64,000 bases of DNA from Anaerolineales bacterium (GTDB lineage Bacteria; Chloroflexota; Anaerolineae; Anaerolineales; UBA11579). Of this stretch, positions 41,344 through 49,559 are shown in pieces. Below the pieces are notes generated by a model, which saw nothing but the letters and a program-made list of their open reading frames with translations, did not search any database and was not told the DNA's origin. The position numbers and the translations under genes were made by a program. The stretch lies in assembly GCA_024710875.1 (NCBI GenBank), contig JANJTX010000151.1, forward strand, positions 3,173 to 67,172, given 5' to 3'. Numbering within the stretch: position 1 is the stretch's first letter; each line of letters starts with the position of its first letter.

Positions 41344-41982
41344 ATGTACATCGCTGTCGAAGGGGTCATTGGCGTGGGCAAAACCAGCCTGGCGCGTTTG
41401 CTCCAGCCGCGTTTTGAAGCCGACCTGCAACTGGAGGTCTTTGAGGAGAACCCGTTTCTGGCCGATTTTTACAGCGACCGCCAGCGTTATGCCTTCCAGA
41501 CCCAGATTTTCTTTTTGCTGAGCCGTTACCACCAGCAACGCCGCTCGGTGCGGGAAGTGCTGGATACCGGCCGCAACCTCTTCACCGACTATACCTTTGC
41601 TAAGGATGCGCTGTTCGCCCAGATTAACCTGGCGGGCGACGAACTGGAAATGTATTACAAGGTCCATGAAGCCCTCGGCGAAAAAGTGCGCCTGCCCGAC
41701 CTGATTGTGTACCTGCGGGCCGAGACCGAGACCCTGATGCAACGGATTGCCCTGCGCGACCGGGCCTACGAGCGCAATATGGAAAGCGACTACATCGCCC
41801 GGCTCAACCAGGCCTATGACGACCACTACGGCCCCGGCTACCAGGGCCCGCCGGTGCTGATTATCAATTCCAATGGCCTGGATTTTGTGAAAAACCCGGC
41901 CGACCTGGACAAGATTGAAGCGGACGTGCGCGCCGCTCTGGAAAACGCCCCTCACCAGCCCGAGCTGCCGCTGAACGGCTAA
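41344..41982 (+). CDS. Deoxynucleoside kinase
   Basis: The P-loop EGVIGVGKTSLA is present, together with F.ENPFL, an FQTQIFFL-type substrate site and an LRDRAYE motif. Confidence 0.85.
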   Translation: MYIAVEGVIGVGKTSLARLLQPRFEADLQLEVFEENPFLADFYSDRQRYAFQTQIFFLLSRYHQQRRSVREVLDTGRNLFTDYTFAKDALFAQINLAGDELEMYYKVHEALGEKVRLPDLIVYLRAETETLMQRIALRDRAYERNMESDYIARLNQAYDDHYGPGYQGPPVLIINSNGLDFVKNPADLDKIEADVRAALENAPHQPELPLNG

Positions 41983-41986
41983 CCTG

Positions 41987-42994
41987 ATGCGAATTACCCG
42001 CGACTTACTGCTGAAAATTGCCAACGAAACCGTGACCGAACGCGCCCGGGCGGATAAATCCATCCTCGCCGCTTACCTGCACGGCAGTTTGCTGGAAGGC
42101 CGCGAACCGCTGCTGGGCGGGGCGGCCGATATTGACCTGAGCTTCGTGCACATCGGGGCCGATGCGCCGCGCGAAATCGTGCGCCTGACGGATGACGTCA
42201 CGCTGGATATCCTGCACCATGAACGCGCCGCCTACGAACCCGCCCGCACCCTGCGCCAGCATTCCTGGCTGGGGCCGGCGGTGTTCTACGCCAAAGCCCT
42301 GTACGACCCGCAGCACTTTCTGGATTTCACCCAGGCCAGCGCCCGCGGCATGTACGACGAGCCGGAGAATGTACTGGCGCGCGCCGAGCCGCTGCTGCAA
42401 ACCGCCCGCCAGACCTGGTTCCAGTTTTACAACCAGCAACTCACGGATGACACCGCCCGGGTGCGCGGCTTTCTGCTGGCGGTGGAAGCGGCCGCCAACG
42501 CCGCCGCCAGCCTGACCGGCCAGCCCCTGCCCACCCGCCGCCTGCTGCTGGAGTTCCCGGCCCGCGCCGCGGCCCTCGGCCAGCCGGGGCTGGCGGCCGG
42601 CCTGCTGGGCCTGCTGGGGGCACGTGACCTCACACCGGCGCAGGTAACCGCCTGGCTGCCGGACTGGCAAAGCGCCTACACCGAAGCCGCCACCAGCGGC
42701 CAGACCGAGCCGGACCTGCACCCCCTGCGCCGCAGGTATTACCAGCAGGCGATTCTCTCACTGGCCGAAGGCGGCTACCCGCAGGAAGCCGCCTGGCCGC
42801 TGCTGCGCACCTGGGCCGGGGCCGCCGCCGGGCTGCTGCCCGCCAGCCCGCCCCACCAGCGCTGGCTGGACGCGATGAGCGAACTGGGCCTGGCCGGGCC
42901 AGCATTGGAAGACCGCCTGGCCGGGCTGGATGCCTACCTGGATACGCTGGAAGAATTGTTTGACAGCTGGAAAAAAGAACGCGGCGTGGGGTAA
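41987..42994 (+). CDS. Hypothetical protein with minimal nucleotidyltransferase (Pol-beta-fold) motif
   Basis: LHGSLLEGREPLLGGAADIDLSFV fits G-S-x(n)-D-x-D. The rest of the protein is helical. It starts 4 nt after the dNK stop. Confidence 0.5.
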   Translation: MRITRDLLLKIANETVTERARADKSILAAYLHGSLLEGREPLLGGAADIDLSFVHIGADAPREIVRLTDDVTLDILHHERAAYEPARTLRQHSWLGPAVFYAKALYDPQHFLDFTQASARGMYDEPENVLARAEPLLQTARQTWFQFYNQQLTDDTARVRGFLLAVEAAANAAASLTGQPLPTRRLLLEFPARAAALGQPGLAAGLLGLLGARDLTPAQVTAWLPDWQSAYTEAATSGQTEPDLHPLRRRYYQQAILSLAEGGYPQEAAWPLLRTWAGAAAGLLPASPPHQRWLDAMSELGLAGPALEDRLAGLDAYLDTLEELFDSWKKERGVG

Positions 42995-43004
42995 TGCCCC
43001 GCTC

Positions 43005-43388
43005 TTAAATATTGCTCTTTTCTACCTGATGTAATACCCACCACTCTCTTTGATCAGTTACGGACTGAAACAAAATCGCCTCATTCCCAGGATAATCGCC
43101 TTCCAGCGGAAGCACCAATGTCGTTTCAACTCCAAATTCAAGCAATATCTCATTGTTTTCAAAGCTTACACTCGTCACTTCTTTGGGAATAAGATCTATG
43201 AGCGCTAGCTTAAACGCATCCGAAGGGAAGGTTATCTCCTTTTGCCCCGCCTTCCTGATTATTGGATCAGTGGTTACGTTTATACGGAACTCTTCAATAT
43301 TCAACTGGAGATAATCCATCACAAAGGTGACCGATTCAAGTCGCTTCGCAATTAATTTCTCGAGGCTGGTAAGTTCAACTCTTTTCAT
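43005..43388 (-). CDS. Hypothetical 127-aa protein in an AT-rich islet (immunity-protein-like composition)
   Basis: The GC content is markedly lower than in the flanking sequence. The protein is small, acidic and beta-rich, with a VMDYLQLNIEEF segment of the D-Y-[ILV]-x-L-x-F type that I associate with small orphan immunity-like proteins. This association was not verified. Confidence 0.45.
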   Translation of the reverse strand: MKRVELTSLEKLIAKRLESVTFVMDYLQLNIEEFRINVTTDPIIRKAGQKEITFPSDAFKLALIDLIPKEVTSVSFENNEILLEFGVETTLVLPLEGDYPGNEAILFQSVTDQREWWVLHQVEKSNI

Positions 43389-43538
43389 TGGATAGCCTAT
43401 GATGTTAACAGTTACATGATTATGTGAACCAAGAGATTGGTCGGAAAAATTATCTGACTACCTATCATCTTGATGTGGGGTAACAGCCTTCAATAGAACT
43501 CCTCCCCATCGCTTGTTCTGTTAAGAATTCTTGGGCTG

Positions 43539-44846
43539 TTACAAATTCCCCGCCAGCAACTGCCCGGTGGCTTTCTTGCCCGCCAGCGGCAGCAGCACGT
43601 AGAAAATCGCGCCCTGATCCGGGCCTTCGCTCTCGGCCCACACCCGCCCGCCATGCAACTGCACGATGCCGCGCGCAATCGCCAACCCGAGGCCCATGCC
43701 ACCGTAGGTACGCGTCATGTGGCCTTCCACCTGGTAGAAATCCTCAAAGATGCGCTGCAACTGGTCTTTCGGGATGCCGATACCATCGTCCTGAATGGCG
43801 GTCAGCGCCCCATCCGGGTGGCCGGTTACGGCGATGTTGATTTTGCCGTTGTTGGGCGTAAAGCGGATGGCGTTGTTCAGGACGTTCAGGAACACCCGCT
43901 TGAGCTTGTCGGCATCGGCGTTGACCGTCAGCGGCTCTTTCGGCAGGCGGATATTGAACTCCTGGCCCTTCTCGCGCGCCAGCGCCTGGGTTTCGCTGTA
44001 GGCTTCGGCCACAATCCGCTGTACCGGCTGGGCGGTGGGCTGGAACTCCTGCGTACCGGCCTGCAACAGGTTCATGTTGGTCATGTCGTCCACCAGCGTG
44101 CGCATTTGCAGGGCGGCCTTGTTCAGTTTCTCGGCAAAGCCGGCCAGTTCGGGCGGGGCATCTTCGCTTAAGAACTGCGAGTAGCCCAGCACAGTGTTGA
44201 GCGGGATGCGCAACTCATGTGAAGCAATGGCGATGAAATCGCTCTTGCGCTTATCCAGTTGGGCCAGTTCGTCAAAGGCGCTCTGCAGGGACTGCATCAG
44301 GCGGGCGTTGTTGATAGCGACCGCCGCCTGCGAGGCGATGACCGAGAGGATGTCCACATCCTCCTTGGAGAAATCGCCCAGCTTCTTGTTCACGCCCTCC
44401 AGCACGCCGATGGTCTTCTCGCTGATTTTCATCGGCACGCCCACCAGATTGCGGGTGTGGAACTGGGTCTTTTCGCCCACTTCGCTGAAGTGCTGCGGGT
44501 TGTTCTCCGCTTCGTTGATAATTTCCGGCCGGTCGGAGAGGAAAATCGCACCGGCGATGCTGGATTCCAGCGGCACCGGGATTTTCGCCAGTTCTTCCGG
44601 GTCGGAGCCGGTGGCAGCCGCAAAGCGCAGTTCGCCGGTCTTTTCGTTAAACAGTAACACCGAGACGCTCTCGCATTCGAGGATCTCGGTGCCGGTATCA
44701 ATGATGAAGTTCAGCAGGCGGTCGGGGTCGAGGGTGGAGTTGAGGGTCAGGCTGATTTCCACCAGCCGCGCGAACTGGCCGAGGGTGCGCTTCATCTCGA
44801 CCAGTGAATCGACCAATTGTCCGGTTGCGGGGTGTACCTGGCTCAT
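43539..44846 (-). CDS. GAF-domain sensor histidine kinase (orphan, no adjacent response regulator)
   Basis: An N-terminal GAF-like region is followed by the H-box ASHELRIPLN, the N-box VLNNAIRFT and the G-boxes DDGIGI and GGMGLGLAI. Confidence 0.9.
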   Translation of the reverse strand: MSQVHPATGQLVDSLVEMKRTLGQFARLVEISLTLNSTLDPDRLLNFIIDTGTEILECESVSVLLFNEKTGELRFAAATGSDPEELAKIPVPLESSIAGAIFLSDRPEIINEAENNPQHFSEVGEKTQFHTRNLVGVPMKISEKTIGVLEGVNKKLGDFSKEDVDILSVIASQAAVAINNARLMQSLQSAFDELAQLDKRKSDFIAIASHELRIPLNTVLGYSQFLSEDAPPELAGFAEKLNKAALQMRTLVDDMTNMNLLQAGTQEFQPTAQPVQRIVAEAYSETQALAREKGQEFNIRLPKEPLTVNADADKLKRVFLNVLNNAIRFTPNNGKINIAVTGHPDGALTAIQDDGIGIPKDQLQRIFEDFYQVEGHMTRTYGGMGLGLAIARGIVQLHGGRVWAESEGPDQGAIFYVLLPLAGKKATGQLLAGNL

Positions 44847-44896
44847 GGTTTTCCTAGTGTAGCGTGAAAGCGGCCTTTTGTCTATTCCCTCTTTAT

Positions 44897-44912
44897 TGCA
44901 TAATATTATGCA
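44897..44912. promoter_or_regulatory. Perfect 16-bp AT-rich palindrome upstream of the histidine kinase gene
   Basis: TGCATAATATTATGCA lies 51 nt upstream of the kinase start codon. Confidence 0.4.
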
Positions 44913-44974
44913 TTATTTTATATACAGCACGATATTGTGCTATACAGAAGAATTGAAATCCCCGCCCTCCGCAA

Positions 44975-45007
44975 GAAAAAGGGCCGGATTTCTCCGGCCC
45001 AAAAAAC
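44975..45007 (-). terminator. Rho-independent terminator of the GntR/ABC operon
   Basis: On the minus strand the sequence reads GGGCCGGA-gaaa-TCCGGCCC followed by TTTTT. It lies directly after the stop at 45009. Confidence 0.85.
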
Positions 45008-45008
45008 C

Positions 45009-45776
45009 TCAATCGTAGCGGGTGTCATCCAGTTGTTTGCGCAGCGTTTCCTGCGCATCCAGCTCGGGCGTCAGCCCACCGGCGCCGTCTTCGGCGGCCA
45101 GGCGCGCTTCGGCCGCTGCCAGCTCCTCCGGCCCTGCCCGCCGCACCAAAGACCACTTGCGGCAATGCGGGCAGTTTTCCAGCCGACTGAAACCGAGCTT
45201 GAGGCCCAGGGCGCTTAAGCGATAGGGCTTGCCGCACTTGGGGCACACCGCGCCGCCCAGCCAGCCATATTCGCCGGGACGATGGGCTTTCTTGCGGCCG
45301 GTGGCCAGCAGGGGCGCCAACGCGCTGACCGCCAGCAACGCAACCACAATCACCGCCAGCGGCACACCAATCCGACCCATCATCTCGCCAGCCTGCTCAC
45401 GGCCCACGAACAGCCGCACCAGTTCCTGCGAGCGCAACTCCGTACCATCGGCTCGCACGCCAACCGCCACCAGCGTGTGCTGGCCGGGCGGGTAATCATC
45501 GGTCACAAACGCTACCCGGAACGCTGGGGTCTCGCCGGACTCTCCCAGCAGGGTCTCGCCATCCAGATAGTAGCGCACGGATACCAGGTCGGCCGGGCCT
45601 TCCACGGTGACACTGAAGTTGCCCTGAATATCCCCATTGAAGCCGCCATAGCCCCAGTCGCGGCGCAGTTTGAGAATCAGTTCGGGCGACTCGCTTTGCG
45701 CCAGCGCCGGGCTGGCAATGCCGAGCAACAGCGCCAGCAGGACCAGCCACAGCAAATTTTTCTTCATTCGCATCAT
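45009..45776 (-). CDS. Single-pass membrane protein: signal peptide, extracytoplasmic beta domain, TM, cytoplasmic zinc ribbon
   Basis: The signal peptide reads MKKNLLWLVLLALLLGIASPALA. A TM segment VPLAVIVVALLAVSALAPLL follows. The motif CPKCG...CPHC is a zinc ribbon. The C-terminal tail is RKQLDDTRYD. Confidence 0.6.
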   Translation of the reverse strand: MMRMKKNLLWLVLLALLLGIASPALAQSESPELILKLRRDWGYGGFNGDIQGNFSVTVEGPADLVSVRYYLDGETLLGESGETPAFRVAFVTDDYPPGQHTLVAVGVRADGTELRSQELVRLFVGREQAGEMMGRIGVPLAVIVVALLAVSALAPLLATGRKKAHRPGEYGWLGGAVCPKCGKPYRLSALGLKLGFSRLENCPHCRKWSLVRRAGPEELAAAEARLAAEDGAGGLTPELDAQETLRKQLDDTRYD

Positions 45777-45787
45777 ACGACCTCTTT

Positions 45788-46579
45788 TTACTTCCAGCGG
45801 GTCAGGATGGTTTCACGCTGGAACAGTTGAATCGCCAGCGTGAGCAGGGCCGCATCCACCAGCACCAGCACCAGCGCCAGCCACACCACCACCGACTGAT
45901 CGACCTGAATCAGGCCAAAGGTCTGGCCCATGAACAGCCCCAGCACCGGCAGCATCACCAGCGCCGAAATCTGCTCGGCGACCCGGGGGTCATTAACGCG
46001 CGAGGAGACCATCACCGCCAAACTGACGGCCGCCACCGAGAGCAGCGGCCCGACCACCGCAATTGCCAGCAACCACAGCGGTTTGAGCAGTTGCGCCGCA
46101 ATCACGCTGCTGCCGGTAATCCACACCGCCCCGATGACGAAGACGATGTAGGCCCCCCAGGTCACGAATACCGCCGGCAGGGCTGCCCCCAGGGCTTTGC
46201 CCGCCAGCAATTGCAGGGTGCTGATGGGCGCCGCCAGCAGCGGCTCCAGCGTGCGGGTGCGCTTCTCGCCCACGATGCTGTAGGAAGCAATCGTCACCGG
46301 GATGATGACCGGCATCAGCAGGAAGAGCATCAGGAACTGGCTGACCAGAAAGAACTGGGCGCAATCCGCCCCGGCCAGGTCGCCGCACAGGGCCATGAAC
46401 TCCGGTGGGATTTCCGAAAGCCCCAGGGCCTGCTCCGGGCTGGCCCCGCGCATGCTGTACAGCACCCCGAGCGGGATGGCAATGAACAACAGCGGCATGA
46501 ACGCCACCGAGAAAAACACAAACCGATTCTTGAAGACCTCGGCCCACTCTTTACGAACCATCACCCAGACTTTATCCAT
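45788..46579 (-). CDS. ABC-2 type transporter permease
   Basis: The 263-aa protein has 6 hydrophobic segments. It overlaps the upstream ATPase gene by 8 nt. Confidence 0.8.
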   Translation of the reverse strand: MDKVWVMVRKEWAEVFKNRFVFFSVAFMPLLFIAIPLGVLYSMRGASPEQALGLSEIPPEFMALCGDLAGADCAQFFLVSQFLMLFLLMPVIIPVTIASYSIVGEKRTRTLEPLLAAPISTLQLLAGKALGAALPAVFVTWGAYIVFVIGAVWITGSSVIAAQLLKPLWLLAIAVVGPLLSVAAVSLAVMVSSRVNDPRVAEQISALVMLPVLGLFMGQTFGLIQVDQSVVVWLALVLVLVDAALLTLAIQLFQRETILTRWK

Positions 46580-47519
46580 GATTACCTTCTTCCTTGTCCA
46601 TCAGGTGCAGGTAGACATCTTCCAGACTGCGGCGCACCTCACCCACAAAGCGCAGCTCGGCCCCGGCCTCCACCAACCGCCGGATGATGGCCGGGTTGTG
46701 CGCCTCCGGGTCATCCAGCGTCACCACCAGTTTCTGGTCAATTAACTCGGCCTTTTGCACAAAATCAAAGCCGCTCACTGCCTCCGCCAGCCGGGGCTCG
46801 GCCTGCGCCAGATGAAAGACCACCATCCGGCCAAAGAGCTGGCCGCGCAGGTTGGCGGGGGTATCCAGCGCCAGCAGGCGGGCTTTGAACACGCCCACCC
46901 GGTCGCACAACCGGTCGGCTTCATCCAGATTGTGGGTGCACATGATGATGGTGCGCCCCTGCTGGCGCAATTCGGCGATGAATTCGCGCACCAGACGCGC
47001 CGCCTCGGGGTCCAACCCGGAGGTCGGTTCATCCAGATACAACACCGGCGGCTCGTGCAGCAGGGCACGCGCAATCGCCAACTTCTGGCGCATGCCCTTG
47101 GAGAATTCGCCGACTTCGTCGCCGCGCCGCGCCCACAAACCGAGCATGCGCAGGTATTTCTCCACCTGGCCGGGAATATCGGCCACATCGTAGAGGGCCG
47201 CAAAGAAGGCCAGGTTGCGCTCGGCGCTTAACTGGTCGTACATGCCCGGCGTTTCAGTCAGGATGCCGACCTTGCGGCGCACATCCATATCCTCTTTGCC
47301 AATCTCATGCCCGGCCACCACTGCCCGCCCACTGGTCGGCGCAATCAGGGCACTCAACATCCGGATGGTGGTGGTTTTGCCGGCCCCGTTGGGCCCGAGC
47401 AAGCCAAAGACTTCGCCCGCCCGCACTTGCAGCGAGAGGTTGTCCACCGCCAGTACGGCCTGCTCCCCTTTGCCAAAACGCTTGGTCAGGTTTTCTACCA
47501 CAATCGCATGTTCAGTCAT
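46572..47519 (-). CDS. ABC transporter ATP-binding protein
   Basis: Walker A GPNGAGKTT, the signature FSKGMRQK (LSGGQ variant) and Walker B LYLDEPTSGLD are present. Confidence 0.92.
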   Translation of the reverse strand: MTEHAIVVENLTKRFGKGEQAVLAVDNLSLQVRAGEVFGLLGPNGAGKTTTIRMLSALIAPTSGRAVVAGHEIGKEDMDVRRKVGILTETPGMYDQLSAERNLAFFAALYDVADIPGQVEKYLRMLGLWARRGDEVGEFSKGMRQKLAIARALLHEPPVLYLDEPTSGLDPEAARLVREFIAELRQQGRTIIMCTHNLDEADRLCDRVGVFKARLLALDTPANLRGQLFGRMVVFHLAQAEPRLAEAVSGFDFVQKAELIDQKLVVTLDDPEAHNPAIIRRLVEAGAELRFVGEVRRSLEDVYLHLMDKEEGNHG

Positions 47520-48462
47520 AACGGCTGTCCTCTATCTGTTCTCTTTTCGGCCGGGCCGGCGCCAGCGGCTGCAGCGCCGGGGCGTCAATCAGTTCCGGCT
47601 GGGCGGGCAGCAACGGCAAGACTCGCTTCAACCACAGGATAATGCCCACGCTCACCGCCGCCAGCCCCAGCAGCAACGCCTCGGCAATGTAGATGCTATA
47701 GGTCTGGCTGACAAAGACCGTAAGGCCATTTAGCAAAGCGTGCCAGCCCACGGCGGCCCACAACCAGCGGCTGCGGCCACTCACCACGGCCTGCATCACC
47801 AGCAGGCCGGCGCTCAAATGAAACACGAGGGCGCTCACGCGCTCCAGCGCGCCGAGCAACTGGTCGTACCAGGGAATGTCCCAATAGGCGGCCATGGCAG
47901 CCCGCACCTGCTCCAGATTGTCTCCGCCCACGAGGACCACCAACGCTTCCGGGCTGGCGCCATATAGCACAATCATCTGCAAAAAGGCGTATAGCACCAA
48001 CGCTCCGAGGATCATAGCCTCGATACCGCCATGCCCGGCGCCCACCATCAGCCCCTCGGCCCAGCTGCGGGCCTCCGGCAGAAAACGGCGCAGCGTAATC
48101 CAGCGGGCGACTTCTTCGAACAAGCCAGAAGACAGGCCCAGCGCCACCGCCATCCACACCAGCCCCCAGCTGCCCGGCTCGGGCGTCAGCCCCAGCCGCT
48201 CCAGAAGCGGGTTGAGCAGGAAGACATTGAACGGAATGTGCAACACCTGGGCCGCCACAAAGGTCATCGCCCCGATGCCGAACAGCCGCCATTCCTGCCG
48301 CCAGCGCCGCGCAATCCAGATGCCCAGCGCCAGCGGCATGGCAATCATCAGCGCGCCGTTGAGAAACGGCGGGATGGCATGCGGGTTGCTGACCAAAAAC
48401 CACAGCCCGCCGCCCAGCAGGAGCACCACGACCAGTGTACTTACAATGCGCAAAAACTTCAT
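47512..48462 (-). CDS. YhfC-like / CPBP-type intramembrane metalloprotease
   Basis: The polytopic protein carries GLFEEVARW (E-E-x-x-x-R), GAGHGGIE, ERVSALVFH and WHALLNG motifs. The C-terminal tail is REQIEDSRYD. Confidence 0.65.
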   Translation of the reverse strand: MKFLRIVSTLVVVLLLGGGLWFLVSNPHAIPPFLNGALMIAMPLALGIWIARRWRQEWRLFGIGAMTFVAAQVLHIPFNVFLLNPLLERLGLTPEPGSWGLVWMAVALGLSSGLFEEVARWITLRRFLPEARSWAEGLMVGAGHGGIEAMILGALVLYAFLQMIVLYGASPEALVVLVGGDNLEQVRAAMAAYWDIPWYDQLLGALERVSALVFHLSAGLLVMQAVVSGRSRWLWAAVGWHALLNGLTVFVSQTYSIYIAEALLLGLAAVSVGIILWLKRVLPLLPAQPELIDAPALQPLAPARPKREQIEDSRYD

Positions 48463-48481
48463 TCAACACCTCTCAAAGACC

Positions 48482-48499
48482 ATGTTTCACATGAAACAT
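48482..48499. promoter_or_regulatory. Operator-like palindrome 1
   Basis: ATGTTTCA-ca-TGAAACAT lies 20 nt upstream of the protease gene start. Confidence 0.5.
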
Positions 48500-48528
48500 T
48501 CGCCCACTATTGTACTGCGCTCAAATTG

Positions 48529-48544
48529 TGTTTCACGTGAAACA
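48529..48544. promoter_or_regulatory. Operator-like palindrome 2 (perfect)
   Basis: TGTTTCACGTGAAACA is a perfect 16-bp palindrome that shares the TGTTTCA/TGAAACA arms with palindrome 1. Centre-to-centre spacing is about 46 bp. Confidence 0.5.
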
Positions 48545-48590
48545 ACCCGCCCGCATAGGCTGTTTAGAACAGGCTACCTACCCCGGCTGA

Positions 48591-49559
48591 CTATCCGGAT
48601 CTCTCTTGCGGCTTCTGGTTCTGGGCCAGCGCCACCATACCGCTCAAGCCACCCAGGTTCATCGTGTCCACCGCGCTGGAAGGCACAATCACCAATGCGC
48701 CTTTTTCTTTCAGGCCTTCAAAGAGCATGTTCATCGCCCGCAGGTGCAGGGCGGTCGGGTTGTTGATGTAGGCCTCCGAGGCGGTCGCGAAGGAGTGTGC
48801 AATCTGTTCTTCCGATTCACCCAAAATCACGCGCGCCTGGCGTTCGCGTTCGGCCTGGGCCTGGCGCGACATGGCATCTTCCAGATCCTTGGGGATGACG
48901 ATATCCCGGATTTCCACCGACTGCACGCTCACGCCCCAGGGGGTGGTGCGCTCATCGATGATTTTCTGCAGGTCGGCATCCATCTTGGCCCGCCCGGCCA
49001 GTACATCCGCCAGCATCAGCGAACCAATCACTTCGCGCAGGGCGGTCTGCGAAGCCCAGGTGATGGCGGTGCGGTAGTTCTCCACTTCGAGGGCGGCCTT
49101 TTCGGCATCCCACACCACCCAGAACAGCACCGCATCTACATCCACCGGCACCGTGTCTTTGGTGAGGGTTTTCTCGGCGCTGAAGGGCGAGACCATCACG
49201 CGGTGGTCAATCCATTCGGTCGCCACATCCACAATCGGGATGAGCCAGAACACGCCCGGCCCTTTCAACCCGTGGAACTTGCCAAACCGCAGCACCACGG
49301 CTTTCTCCCACTGGTTGGCGACCTTGAGTGAGAACAGCACATAGATGGCCGCCAGCACCCACACCGCCAGCCAGGCAAAGATGGCGAAGTCCGAGGCGTT
49401 CAGACTGACATCCATATAGATGGTGCCGAGGGTGGCGATGAGAAAACCCACCGTGGCCAGAGTGGCCGAGAGGCCATTCAGCCGCTGCGGGTTATTGTCC
49501 ACGCCGAAGTTCTTCAAACGCTGGTCAAAAATTTTGTTGATGCTCATGTCATTCTCCAT
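48591..49559 (-). CDS. SPFH/band-7 (stomatin-like) membrane protein
   Basis: An N-terminal TM hairpin is followed by the SPFH core (VVLRFGKFHGLKGPGVFWLIPIVD ... TKDTVPVDVDAVLFW) and a coiled-coil QAERERQARV. Confidence 0.85.
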   Translation of the reverse strand: MENDMSINKIFDQRLKNFGVDNNPQRLNGLSATLATVGFLIATLGTIYMDVSLNASDFAIFAWLAVWVLAAIYVLFSLKVANQWEKAVVLRFGKFHGLKGPGVFWLIPIVDVATEWIDHRVMVSPFSAEKTLTKDTVPVDVDAVLFWVVWDAEKAALEVENYRTAITWASQTALREVIGSLMLADVLAGRAKMDADLQKIIDERTTPWGVSVQSVEIRDIVIPKDLEDAMSRQAQAERERQARVILGESEEQIAHSFATASEAYINNPTALHLRAMNMLFEGLKEKGALVIVPSSAVDTMNLGGLSGMVALAQNQKPQERSG

